A stretch of DNA of 64,000 nt from Mobula hypostoma (Eukaryota). Positions 11,033-23,808 of the stretch are shown here, piece by piece (the first letter of the stretch is position 1; every line of letters begins with the position of its first letter). The DNA is taken from the NCBI RefSeq assembly GCF_963921235.1, contig NC_086097.1, positions 168,270,001 through 168,334,000 of the forward strand. The letters run 5' to 3'. A program made the position numbers and the translations under genes. Below the pieces are notes generated by a model. That model made no database searches. It had not been told where the DNA came from and saw nothing but the letters and a program-made list of their open reading frames with translations.

Positions 11033-12249
11033 AGAAAAAGGGCTTGTCTTGCTGTCGGTTTACTGTCATTGTTCTGAACATTGACACAAGCTATGTTAGC
11101 ACCGGAATGTGTACGATCAATTGAGAGCTGTCCCCAGCACATCCTCACACTGTGTTGTCTGTTAATGCGAATGCCACGTTTCACTGTATGTATCTGAATC
11201 CATTAATTGTACCTGCCTTGACCACTTCCTCCAGCAGCTCATTTCCGGTACTCACTGATTCACTCCCCGCTGTGTAAGGAAGTTGGCTCTCTGGTCTCTT
11301 TAAAATCTCTCCCCTCTTATCTGTGTCCTCTTGCTTTAGACTCTCCAACCCTGAGGACCATCCACCTTATCTGCACCTATCATGATTTTATAAGCTCCTA
11401 TGAGGTCCCCTCTCATTCTCCTACACTCCATGGAATAAAGATTTCACTCCGCACTGATGAAGAAGCATTTAGCCAGAGCAGAATGATGTGCAACTTAGAT
11501 ATAGAGGAGATACTCCAATACTCCTATTGACCTTGTCCTTCTGTGTGCTTCCCAATACTTGAGGCCATGTTGAAGTTAGAAAAAGTCACATTTAGATGGT
11601 GTGATCAGCGTGTTCCTCATGCTGACAGAGAAGACATTTAGACAGGTTTGAGCCACTGGACCGAGCTTGGGAGCAGAGCTGCATAATGAGTAAAGGCTGG
11701 AGAATATCTCCATCCTTGTTGGGAGGCAACTGAGAAACGGACTTTAGAGAAATTTAAACAAGAAAGCAGAAGCAACATGATTTAAGGTTGTGTAGATTTA
11801 TAAACCAAGGAACACATGGAAACTGTACTGAAAGTCAATAGGGAACTTTTCTATAATAATTTACGTTAGAATCGCCTTAACATTAGGTGGCTACACTTCA
11901 AAAGTAACTCGCTAGAATGCAAGACGGAATGGGTTACAGGGGAAGGCGCAGGAATGGAGCCATTCTCAGAGATGACAATGTAATCAATGGGCTGAATGGC
12001 CTCCTTCTAGGTTATGAGAACAAGAGAAATATGAGACTTTGATAGGACGTGGGTTTGCAAAAAGACCCAAATGCAATTTTTGAAACACACGGAACGGACT
12101 TCTTGGTGGCAGTGGAGGTCATAGCTGCCGAGGATTGGGTGTAAGCTGTAAATGCTGATTCTCCCCAAATATTCTCCACTCTTTTAGAAAAGGAGCAATA
12201 ATACTTAGCCTGACCAAAGTGCAAAAGTGCATAAATTTATTATTGAAAA

Positions 12250-13420
12250 TGCAACAGCATTTGGGAAACTACGAGGATTTTGGTCAAGGACTTACGAAAG
12301 GGAAACCTTGTTAACCAAAGTTACCTGAATTTTTTGAGGATGTAATCAGTAGAATGGATGGGGGAAATGGATGTGGTAATTTGGACTTTCACAAGGCTTT
12401 AAAAGGTCCCATTTAGGAGACTAGTATGCAAAAATAAAACCCATGTGATTGGGGTATGAATGACATGGAGAGAGACTGGTTGGCAGTGAAGGTGTAGGAA
12501 CAAATATTATTTTTTCGAATTGCCATCAGTCACTAGTTGAGTACCATAGGGGTCATTCTTGGACCACAGCTAGTGAAGCTATATGATAATGATTTAGATG
12601 GGGGAAATTAAATAAAATATATCTAAGTTTGTGGACAATACGTTTGTGGTGGGTTTGGGGGCTGGGTTTTGTAAACCTTAAAAATGCAGAAAAGTTCCAG
12701 TGAGATTTGGACAATTTGATTGAGTGGAAACACTTGAACCTGATTTAGGATCACACGAACAAATGTGAGGTTATCCACGTTGATGCAAAAATTGGAAAGC
12801 AGAATATTACTTGAATGATGATAGGATGGGATGATGGGGATGTAACAAAAACAAGGTGTCCTTGTACATAAGCTGGTGAAAGAAAGCACGGAGCTCCAGC
12901 AGGACTTGAGTAAAGGAAATGACTGAGATGCAAATATGTTGTTTTTAAAATCATGGAATAGACTTCTTGGTGGAAGTGGAGGATGAAAACCCATGAATCA
13001 ATCAGTTAAGAAACTTAACAGTGTACCAGTGCTTGTAGTGAGGGGATTTGAATATAGGGAATGTCATATTGCAATTTATAGGACTTTGAAGAGACCACAA
13101 TTAGAATATCGTGTGTAGTTTTCATCTCATCAGGGAATATTCTTGCTATGGAGAGTGCAGTAAGGTACACCAGACCGATGGAAGAACTAATGTAAGAAGA
13201 ATAGATTTCTATTCATTAGAGCTTGGAAGAATGAGAGGGGGATCTCAGTTAAACATCTAAAATGCTGATAAGACAGGATAGACTAGATGCAGAAAGAATG
13301 CCTCCAGTTGTGGTGAGGTCCAGATTCAAGGGTTGGAGCACAAGAATACAGGATAAACCATTTAGTACTAAGATTAGGATAGATTTTGTCACCCAGAAAG
13401 TTGTAAATTAGAGAAATGTA
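12250..13420 (+). mobile_element. Old, highly degraded CR1 RT/3' region
   Basis: Remnants of NLLEFFE, DFxKAF, KFxDD and RMRGDL motifs recognisable at the nucleotide level. Confidence 0.7.
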
Positions 13421-13559
13421 AACTACTTAACAAATTTAAAATAACTTGAAGGAAGAGTAAATTAACATTTTAATAACGTTATCTTTTACATTTGTGGAAA
13501 AAAACAGGGATAACTGACAATCTAAATAATACTTTTATAAACCCTTCTCAGTATTTGGT

Positions 13560-13680
13560 GCAGTGCATACAAAATAGTGGAAGAACTCAGCAGATCAGAC
13601 AGCATCTGTGGAAGTGGACATACAACATTTCAGGCCAACTCTTCATCAGGGACTGGAAAGAAAGGGGGAAGATGCCAGAT
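13560..13680 (-). mobile_element. Penelope terminal fragment with degenerate hammerhead
   Basis: Minus strand reads ccagtcc-ctgatga-agagttggcct-gaaatgtt, adjacent to the gaactcagcag..cagcatctgtgg terminus motif. Confidence 0.6.
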
Positions 13681-13957
13681 GTTTGGTGTTGTATCTTTAG
13701 TTGCTTGATCACAAGATTCCAAGCCTATCGCTGACAGGCTGAACTCTCAAACAGATCTCTGATCCTGATTTAACTTTCCTCTTACTCTCCAAAGACATAC
13801 AGGTCGGTAAGTTGTGTGCTTGCTATGTTGGCACTGGGAGTATGGTGACACTTACAGGCTGCCCCCAGAACATCTGCTGACTATACTGCTCATGATGCAA
13901 TTGACATATTTCACTGCATGCTTTAATGTTTCAATGTACAAATGTCAAATAAAGCTC

Positions 13958-15010
13958 AGAACATGGAATAGTAGAGCACGGGGACAGGCCATTCAGCCGA
14001 CAATGTCATGCTGAACCAGCTAAAAGGTAAATCAAAAACACCCAAACACTAATCCCTCCTGCCTACACCATTTCCATATCCCTCCATCCTCCTTACATCC
14101 ATATGCCTATCCAAACATCTCTTAAAAGCCTCTAATGTATTTGCCTGTACAGTACCACCATACCAGGCAGTGCATTCCAGTCATCCACCACTCTGAGTGA
14201 AAAAACTTACATAGAAACATAGAAAACCTACAGCACAATACAGGCCCTACAGCCCACAAAGCTGTGCCCAACATGTCCCTACCTTAGAACTACCTAGGCT
14301 TTACCCACAGCCCTCTATTTTTCTAAGCTCCATGTAGCCATCCAGGAGTCCCTTAAAATACCCTATCGTTTCTGCTTCCACCAGCCCATTCCACACACTC
14401 ACCACTCCCTGCGTAAAAAACTTTCCCCTGACATCTGCTTTGAACCTATTTCTCACCATCAATGCATGTCCTCTGATAGTAGACATTTCAACCATGGGAA
14501 ATGGATACTCTCTGTCCACCTTATCTACGGCTCTCATAATCTTGTAAACCTCCCTTCAACCTCCAACTCTCCATAGAAAACAAGCCAAGCTTATCCAGCC
14601 TTAGCCGGCTGGTGGCATAGTGGCATTAGCGCCAGACTTCGGAGCAAAGGCTCCCAAGTCTGAATCCAGCCGGCTGCCTTGCATGCTTTCCATCAGTGCT
14701 GGGTTGAGTGTCGAGGCAGCAACTTGCTCTCATAAAAATAAGAAAGCCTGCTTAAAAAACGCTGTCATGATGGTGTCCCGATGACCCCACTTGGAGTTAA
14801 GGGCTTTCTTCTTCTTCTTATCCAGCCTCTTGTGATAGCACACGACCTCGAAACCTGACAGCATCCTGGTTAACCTCTTCTGCATCCTCTCCAAAGCCTC
14901 AGCATCCTTCCTGTAGTGGGGTGACTGGAACTGTACGCAATACTCCAGCTGTGGCTTAACCAGAGCTTTATAAATGTGCAACATAACCTCCTGAATCTTG
15001 AACTCAATGC
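13958..15010 (-). mobile_element. CR1 3' region with a second CR1 tail nested at ~14209-14420 and a SINE insert
   Basis: IEFKIQEVMLHIYKALVKPQLEYCVQF; IRGHAL..RGKFFTQGVVSVWNGL. Two separate tail motifs. Confidence 0.8.
14602..14816 (+). mobile_element. tRNA-Arg(TCG)-like SINE with (CTT)n tail and 12-bp TSD
   Basis: TSD cttatccagcct at 14590-14601 and 14817-14828. A-box tggcatagtgg, anticodon-like gacttcgga, degenerate B-box gtctgaatcc. Confidence 0.8.
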
Positions 15011-18000
15011 CTTGTCTTGTGCCCCTGTGCAAACTGAATGGTTCCGAGAGGGTCTGATTAGTTAGTATTTTAGCACTAGGGTTACTGTACAGTAGCTTAA
15101 TCCAAGTTATAAGTTTGTCTCTCATTCCAAATTTTTTTCAAAACCTCATAGATGTATTGCCATTCCACTTGGTCAAATGCTTTCTCAGCATCTAAACTTA
15201 ATATTATAAGGTCTTCCTTAGGATGTCTTGGGGAATGCATTATATTAAGAAGGCACCTGATGTTATGGAAAGAATTCCTTTTAGGGATAAACCCTGTTTG
15301 ATCTGAGTGTACCAATTTATTTATCTGCTGAGTCTCCTTGCCAGTGTTTTAGCCAAAATTTTCTGATCCAAACTTAGCAGTGAAATTGACCTATAAGATC
15401 CTACCTCCTCTGGGTCTTTGTCCTTCTTCGGAATAAGCGTGATAATGGCCTCGTTCAGGGTTTGGGGTAACCTGCCAGTTTCAAACGACTTTCTATACAT
15501 CCTTATCATACAAGGTGCTAATAAGTCACTAAGCTTCTTATAAAACTCATTACCTATTCCATCCGAACCTGGACTCTTGGCATTTTTCAGACATCTTATT
15601 GTTCTTACTATTTCATCATTTGTAATCTCAGTTTCCAAAGCCTGACGCTCCGTCAGATTGAGTGAAAGTAGCCTACAAGTGTCCAGAAATGTATGCACGC
15701 TCCCCGTCGGTACATTAGATTGAGATGCATATAATTTTTCATAATACTGACGGAATCATCAAATGAAGAAGTTCTCAGAAGAGCCCAAGCAGTTCGATCA
15801 CTCATACCAACAATAAGAGAAAGACAACTCAGATTCCTAGGACGCATCATGCGGAAAGATGAACTAGAAAAACTCATACTCTCTGGAAAGACTGAGGGGA
15901 GTAAACCTAGAGGAAGACCTCGGCTTATGTACATCAAAAACATAGCCAGGTGGCTACACATCGAGGAAACGGAAGTCATCCAAAAAACGAAGGATAGATC
16001 TATATGGAAAACCATGGTCACCAAAGTCCGCATCGGATATGGTACCTAGACAGACAGACAGACTGACGGAATCTTTGATTCATGTCTTTGTGTGACATCA
16101 ACGGAGTGCCCGAGTCTGATGTAATTTTATGAATGGTCTGATCACCTTCCAATTTGCGTAGCTGTCTTGCCAGCAATTTGTGCGTCTATCACCAAATTGA
16201 AAGAAATTCTGTTTTGTAAACACAAAGGCTCTGCACACCCTTTTTGAGAGTATTTCGTTAAGTTTGTGATTTAATGCTGAAATTCTGTTGTATTTTTCTG
16301 CGGATGGTTGTCGCGCATTCTCCGTATCTAGTTTATGTATTTGTTTTTCTAGTTCTATTTGTTCTGCTCTACTATGTTTCCTTAGGGAAGACTGAAAAGA
16401 AATTATACATCCTCTAACTTAAGCTTTAAATGTTTCCCATAGCAGTCCTGGGGGTGTTTCACTATTATCATTTGTCTCAAAAAACAACAAAATTTGCGAT
16501 TCTAAATACTCACAAAATTTTGGGTTTGTAAGTAGCTGAGGATTAAACCTCCAATTTCTATGTATTTGCGTCGATTCACCCAGCTCCAGTGAAAAAGTAA
16601 CAGGGCTGTGGTCTGAGATGACAATATTATATCTTGCGTTATCGACTTGTGGCAGTATTTTGCCATCGAGGAAATAGTGCAAAGCTAGTACAGTATATAC
16701 ATTATGAACTCTAGAGTGGAATGAATACTCTCTCCCTGTTGGGTTGAATAGTCTCCATACCTCACACAGATTCATATTGTCTGTATATGTTTTCAACAGG
16801 TTACTTGCCTTTGATGGTAATGCCCTTTGATTGGAAGATCTGTCTAAAATTAAAATCTCCTCCAATAATCAGGTTAGTGCTGGAGACCGCTGGTATCAAT
16901 CCTAGAACTCATCTAAAAAATTTCGGGTCATCCCAGTTTGGTCCGTGGATATTCAGTAAGATAACTGGCATAGATTGTATTTCCCCAGTAACTGTAACAT
17001 ATCTCCCATCCTTGTCTGCTATTGTTGTTAGGTGATGGAATGGAATGGCGCGAATTATTATTGCCACACCCCTAGATTTCATTGGAAACTTTGAGGAATA
17101 TATTTGGCCTAACCACTTGCCCCTAATTTTACAGTGAGCTTCATTCTTCAAATGTGTTTCCTGCAAGAAGATCACATTGGCGTGTAGCAATTCTAGGTGA
17201 GACAGCACTTTACCCCTTTTCACCGGCTCATTAATCTCATTTACATTCCAGGAACAAAAGGTAATGGGATTTCTTGTCCCCTGACTTCCTACCACCTCAG
17301 TACTTAATATCTGTATGATAATGTTTTTGATCTGTTCTGGACCTTGTAAATCTATCGGTCATTAGAAATAAACGGATCCTAAACAGCACTCCCTTACCCC
17401 TGTCCCTCCCTCCCCCCACAACCCCCATCACCCCCATCACCCTTGAAAGCTGGAAAAAACCAACAAAAAAACATATCTCCATACACAAATACACCCAGTC
17501 AAAACTCTAGGAATAACTAGTTGATCTCTAACATCTCTGAACCAATTTAGCAGTTCCAGTTGTATAGATGGTCACAAAGCCAAACCTGGCATCGGAATGA
17601 AAAAAAAAACACAAGAAAAACTAGCAAACAGAGATTATCGAGATGTTAAAGTAAGTGTGATTCTCAAAGCTAAAGGCTAGCACCATTAACAACATACTCC
17701 TCGTACAACACCAGTTTAGACCAACCCTTATTACTATCTGCGCATTCATAGGGCTTTAATCCGACATAGTACAATCCAAATATAACTCAGAGTCCTGTTT
17801 TCTACAGGGATTAGAGGTAGGGCCTCATTAATGTTCGAAACATTAACAATTTCCTACAGCGGAGTTTAACTTGGGGCGTCTTCATTCTGTAAGGGTTTTT
17901 TTTTTACTGTGCACAGTTACTTCTCAGCATTTCCCAAATGACGTCCCGCACACCCGCGAGCTTCTTCTGGATCTGTAAACACCGCTTCGGTTCCATTAAT

Positions 18001-18998
18001 TGTCACTCGTAGCTTCGCGGGATAGAGGAGGCCAAACTTGACTCCGGGTCTATCTCGCAGCAACCTCCCGACCAGTGTGAAAGCCGCACGTCGTTTAGCC
18101 ACCGTGGATGGAGGGTCTCTGAAGATCTGAATCCTTTGTCCTTGATACTGTAGATTCTTGGTACCTATCGCCTTCCGCATTATATCTTCAAATACATGGC
18201 AATAATGAATCCTCACGATCAGGTGTGGCGGCGGCTCGTCGTCCCCCAGGCGGGTCTGAAGTTTGCTCTATGTGCTCGGTCTGTCACCGGAGCTTCTTCC
18301 AGGTTTAGAGCTTCTTTTGGCATCTGTGCCGCGAAATCTCGTCTTCTGCCCATTTTCCTTCCCCTCTCGTAGGCCCGCGATTCACAGATTCTGTCGTTTC
18401 AAACGCCCCTCTAAATCCAGGCATTTTTCAGAAAGTTGTTTAAATTGCCCACAAAGTCGTTTCACCTTGCTTTCCAGCTCTACAACTATGTCCGAAGCTC
18501 CATTAACCGACTCTGCTATCTCTTTCAGAGTTTGATCTTGTGTATTCAACTGGGCTTTCACTGCGGTAACTGCAGTATCATTTTCCGCTTTCAACGAAGC
18601 AATTTCACTTCTCAAAGCGACCGCTACCTCTGCAACTTTTTCTTCAATTTTCTTACAGTTGTCTGATATCATAGTTAGCTCTGCACGTAGCGCCTCTACG
18701 GTCACCAATACCGCATTGTCGTCCATACTGTGCACGTGGCCCTCATCCTGAGCTCCGAGGCGTCAATTGGGCCTGTTTCTTCATTCGTCCCTGCCTCAGC
18801 CGTTCCTCTTCGCAGCATTTTGTAGCGCACTCCTTTCTTTCTCTTTCTGGTATGTATTGAAGAGCACCTCCACTTCGTTTGCCTCCCTAAACCTCTAATT
18901 GACTGTGTAAATGAAGTTTTAATATCAAATCTGCCGGAGCTACAGGAGGGTGCGTCCCACTTGCTCATGGCCCAACAGCGTCTCCCCCGCCCCCCCCA
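15011..18998 (-). mobile_element. L1-clade LINE with intact 5' end, 3'-truncated within RT
   Basis: ORF1: coiled coil, LEGRLKRQNL, QRIQIFRD, FGLLYPAKLRVT. ORF2: SWNVN..FLQETHL, ISDHSPV, KSPGSDG, LDAEKAFD, RGTRQG. G-rich 5' start. Multiple frameshifts. Confidence 0.92.
15758..16061 (+). mobile_element. 5'-truncated RTE-clade LINE inserted in the L1, 12-bp TSD
   Basis: TSD actgacggaatc at 15746-15757 and 16062-16073. Open frame SNEEVLRR..RQLRFLGRIMRKDELEKLILSGKTEGSKPRGRPR..DRSIWK..* and (CAGA)n tail. Confidence 0.88.
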
Positions 18999-19004
18999 TC
19001 ACCC

Positions 19005-19236
19005 CCTTCTTACCTGCTCTAGCCCGTGGCACATGTAGTAATCCAGAGATTACAACCTTGGAGGTCCTTCTCTTCAGCCTCTTTCCTAACTCTATATACT
19101 CACTTTTCTGCATACGTCATTGGTGCCAATATGCACCACAACCTCTGGCTGTTCATGAACCCCAGCACCTAGGAAGCCACACACCATCCTGGTGTCTCTT
19201 TTAGAGGCCACATAATCTCCTTTCTGTCCCCCTAAT
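19005..19236 (-). mobile_element. Old CR1 ORF1 (esterase) fragment; continues at 21361-21535
   Basis: Collinear with 7910-8200 of the intact copy (aatccagagattacaaccttggaggtcc). Resumes as gagtcccctctcactac at ~21360. Confidence 0.7.
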
Positions 19237-21360
19237 GAGTGATCATAATATGATTGAATTCATACTACAGTTTGAGAGGGAGATGCACAAATTACATGTA
19301 TCAGTATCACAATGGAATAAAGGGAATTACAGAGGCGTGAGAGATGAGCTTCAGAGAGGATGATGGGCACAGCACAGCAGGGATGCTGAGGTTTCTGGGA
19401 ATAGTTCACAAGGCACAGGATACATACATTCCACAGGAGTTGTTTTCAAATGGCAGGGGTTGGCAACCATGGCTGACAAGGAAAGTTAAGGATGGCATAA
19501 AAGCCAAGGAAAGGGCATATATGGTAGCAAAAGTGAGTGGAAAGTTGGATGATTGGGAAGCTCTTAAAATCCAACAAAAAGCAACTACAAAAAGCCAAGA
19601 GAAGGGAAAAGATGAAATATGAGGGCAAACTACCCATTAATATAAAGCAGGATACTAAAAGTTTTTTTCAGTAAAGGGAGATGAGAGTTGATACTGGACC
19701 ACTGGAAAATAATGCTGGTGAGGTAGTAATGAGGGACAAAGAAATGGCAGATGAATTTAATGGGTACTTTGCATCAGTCTTCACTGTGGAAGACACTAGC
19801 AATGTGCCAGAAGGAAAAAGTGCTAGGCAAACTGAAAATCTTAAGGTGGATAAGTCACCTCGACCAGATGGACTACATCCCAGAGTCCTGAAGGAGGTTG
19901 CTGAAGAGATAATGATGCATTGATCATGATCTTTCAAGAATCACTTGATTCTAGCATGGTCCCAGAGGACTGGAAGGTTGCAAATGTCAATCCACTTTAA
20001 GAAGGGAAGAGGGCAAAGGGAAATTATAGGCTAGTTAACCTAACCTCAGTGATTGGGACAGTGTTGGAGTCTACTATTAAGGATGAGATTTCGGGGTACT
20101 TGGAGACTAATAAGTCAAAGTCAGTATGGTTTCTGTGAAGGGAAATCTTCCCTGACAAATCTGTTAGAATTCTTCAAGGAAGTAACAATCAGGGTGGACA
20201 ACGAAGAGGCAGTGGATGTCATTTACGTGGATTTTCAGAAGGCATCTGATAATGTGCCACACATGAAGCTGCTTAACAAGATAAAATCCTATGACGTTAC
20301 AGGAAAGATACTGACACGGATAGAGGAATAACTGACAAGCAGGAGGCAGTGAGTGTGAATAAAGGGGGCCTTTTCTGGTTGGCTGCCAGTGACTAATGAT
20401 GCTCCTGAGGGGTCAGTATTGGGAGTGCTATTTTGTGGCAAAGTTGCGGATGATACAAAGATAGGTGGAGGGGTAGGTAGTGTTGAGGAACAACGTGATT
20501 GCAGCAGGACTTAGACAAATTGGAAGAATGGGCAAAAAGGTGACAGATGGAATTCAGTGTTGGGAAATGTATGTTGATGCATTTTGGTAAAAAGGAACAA
20601 TAGTGCAGACTATTATGTAAATAGGGAGAAGGTTCAAACATCAGAGGTGCAGAGAGACTTGGGAATCCTCGTGCAAGACTCCCAGAAGGTTAATTTACAG
20701 GTCGAGTCTGTGGTAAAGGCAGCAAATGCAATGTTGCCATTATTTCAAGGGGAATAGAATATAAAAGCAAGGATAAAATGCTGAGCCTTTATAAGTCACT
20801 AATCAGGTTGCACTTGAAGTATTGTCAACAGTTTTGGCCCCTTATCTCAGAAAGTATGTGTTGTCATTGGAGAGGGTCCAGAGGAGGTTCACAAGGATGA
20901 TTCCAGGAATGAACTGGTTAACATTTGAGGCGTGTTTACCAGCTTTGGGTCTGTACTCACTGGACTTTAGAAGAATACAGGGGGGATCTCATTGAAACCT
21001 ACCAAATGTTGAAATGACTAGATAGGGTGGATGTGGAGAGGATGTTTCCTATGGTGGGGGTATCCAGATATAGAGGATACAGCCTCAAAACTGAGGGAGT
21101 GACCTTTTAGAATAGAGATGAGGAATTTGTTTAGCCAGAGAGTGGTGAATCTGTGGAATGCTCTATCACAGACTGCATTGAAGGCTGAGTCCATGGGCAT
21201 ATTTAAGGCAAACTTGATAGGTTCCTGATCTGTCAAGGCATCAAAGGATATGGCGAGAAGTTAGGTGTATGGGGTAGAATGGGATCCGGGTTCAGCCATG
21301 ATGGAATGGTGGAACAGACTCCATGGGCGGAATGGCTAATTCTGCTCCCATGTCTTATGG
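19237..21360 (+). mobile_element. 5'-truncated CR1 ORF2 + 3' UTR inserted into the minus-strand CR1
   Basis: QPWLT, YFASVFT, KSPRPDGLHPRVLKE, LTNLLEFF and ADDTK motifs. Tail ttctgctcccatgtcttatgg. Confidence 0.88.
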
Positions 21361-23304
21361 AGTCCCCTCTCACTACTGCATTTGCCTAACTATACCCTTC
21401 CCTGTTGAGCCTCAGGGCCAGACAGTGTCTCCAGCCTGGCTGCTACTAACATGATATGGTGGGTCATCGCCCCAGGAGGATTCAAAGGGGAACCCTGTAC
21501 TGACTTCTTAATTCCCTTACCTCTCCTGGTGGTAAAAAGATCTTTAATCTGTTATCCATTTCAGTTAAACTTTATGACCAGCATCAGATTTCACCACTGC
21601 CAATTAACTTCATTAACCTCTTGGGTTATCATTTCCACACAAACCAACACTGTCCTAACTCATTACTTTATTGTCATAATCCCAAATAAAAGCAGCAAAT
21701 ACTGGAAACTTACAGGTCAGGCAAGAGCTTTGCTGAGAAACAATTTGTACTTCCATTCAGTAATATTTTCATAAGTCCTGCATATACATGATTTTGCTTT
21801 CATCATAAGCTTAAGGTACTGACTCACTGTCCCTTTAATTTTATGCATCAAACCATTGGATTAGCTTTCTATTCTGGGGAAAATTTGCATGCTCACACAA
21901 CTTTAAAGGAAACAATCTATTGCTCTGGCATTGGTTACAACTGTCAACAGTAGCACAAACCATGAGGGTCCTAGTTCAATCTAGGAAAATTAGTCAGAAG
22001 TCTAACTGGATTTATAGGAATCTTACTTCAACGTTGAAATTCACACAATTCTACCATTGATATCTCTCCTGAATGCTTCTAGTCTCCACAGTCTCCAATC
22101 AATTTTGTCATGATATGACTTCAGTTAATCAGTACCTATGCACATGTAACAGCTGTAAGTACATAGTACTGCTAGCAATACCAGTACTATGTGCTGACAA
22201 TGAGAACAGATTAAATACTCTTTTCTTTAGTTACATGAGCTGAGAAGGTCAAGGAAAAAGTATCTGCTGATTTTGGGGGCTGGTGTCAGATGAAGTAGAA
22301 ATATGGAAACATTTAAATGCAGGGTTAAGACTCAAAAAATAATGGTAAATGTGTTAAGAACATGGTCAATGGTTTGATTAAAGCTTTTTGTCAAGTGATT
22401 GTTATATGACAGGAGGGACTTGTCATTGTTTGCTCACACGATTAAAAAGAGATTGCGAAGACCGGGACTGAGAGTGGCACCATGTTCAATTTGCTGTCCC
22501 CAGGAAACAAACCCCTTTAGCAGAAGAAATGCAAGAACACTGCTGAAGAACTGTTTGTTTCTTTGATTAAGAGATCTTCCCTTTTCAACTGTAGTCATGA
22601 ATCGTGCCCAAAGTAATTGAAGACTCTTACATTTGCTGTTGCCACACTAATAAAAATGACGTACAAGTTGTGCTTACTTTAACAGAGTAAACTACTTTGT
22701 TCCTCTTCATTGCTTAATAAAGCAATTTTCTCAAACATTAATTGGACCAGAACTATATTGTAATGAACCAGTGTTTTGAAACATGTGAAACCTCAATTGA
22801 TATCAGGTAGGATGTACAAGTTTCAAGTTCTGATCATTTCTGGCTACACTGCAAACCAGAGTTAATAGAAAATGATCACAGAGGCATGGGCAGGGGAGGT
22901 ATGCAGAAAGTCGGGGTTTAGTACAGTAGATGCAAAGTGCTTGTGTAGGATCAGAACCAATTTGGTTGGGTTGACCCCATATCAAGAACAAATTTTACTC
23001 AGAAGCAAACCTCCACTGGAAATTAGCGAATTGGAGGAACAATTAATCTTGAGTTTAAGACATCAAGAAATCAACAGCCCAGCTGTTACAAATGTCATCA
23101 GGCAACAGTGACAGTCATTTCATGAAAGTTAGCTCTGTTTCAGAACTTATGTCCTTTTTGAATTTCAGATCTAAATTTTGTAGATGGATTGAAGCACTAT
23201 ATATTACTACAGTGGGAATTAATTGTGAAGGTCAAGGTCTTTCCTTCAAAATTATTCTGGGGGACCAGCCCAAAACTAATTAAAAATAAATCAATATTTT
23301 ACTT

Positions 23305-23513
23305 TTTATTTTTGTACACACAAGTTTCAAAATAAACATTATTTACATACTTTAATTACAATCATGCCTTCAGTATCTTTAGAGACTTCAACTGTAAGCA
23401 GAATCAAGTTGTAACACTTGTGCGTCTTAACCATCCTGCTCCAGGTCACTCAGCAGATGTCACTTTTCGTCTTCAAATGCATGATAAAACTGTGTCATAA
23501 ATAAAAGTTTATT
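23305..23513 (-). terminator. Candidate polyadenylation signals of the AFG3-like 3' UTR
   Basis: Minus-strand AATAAA (plus-strand tttatt) at 23508-23513 and 23305-23310, about 300 and 500 nt past the stop, in AT-rich unique sequence. Confidence 0.55.
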
Positions 23514-23808
23514 CTGTTATAGTCTGTAGAGGCAGAGATGGGAATTTTCCCAATGCTCAGGACAATCAGCACTCTGTCGAAATATACACAAGGCCTTGGA
23601 ACAAATTGCTATTTTTGCTTCATATTCATTTTGACACTGGCCAGATTAACAGAAATTACTTGTAAGGTGCAATAAATGTGCACAGCTCAGCTGGTGAACC
23701 AGATAAGGATGTTAAAATGATTTATCCACAGGTCTAAACATAGACAAGGAAGCATAATTTTCAATCGTGGAATTTCAATTTCAAATACACATAGCTGGAT
23801 AATTATTC

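Noticed and set aside
14602..14680. Functional tRNA-Arg gene
   Set aside because: Degenerate B-box/T-arm, non-tRNA body, (CTT)n tail and a TSD show it is a SINE head.
22231..22293. Possible plus-strand terminal exon after ttttctttag (LHELRRSRKKYLLILGAGVR*)
   Set aside because: Very short, no recognisable homology, and no partner exons found. An acceptor-like motif alone is expected by chance.
1..23300. Convergent beta-tubulin neighbour expected from mammalian synteny
   Set aside because: No tubulin-like peptide in the ORF track or on reading the unique segments. If present, it lies outside the window.
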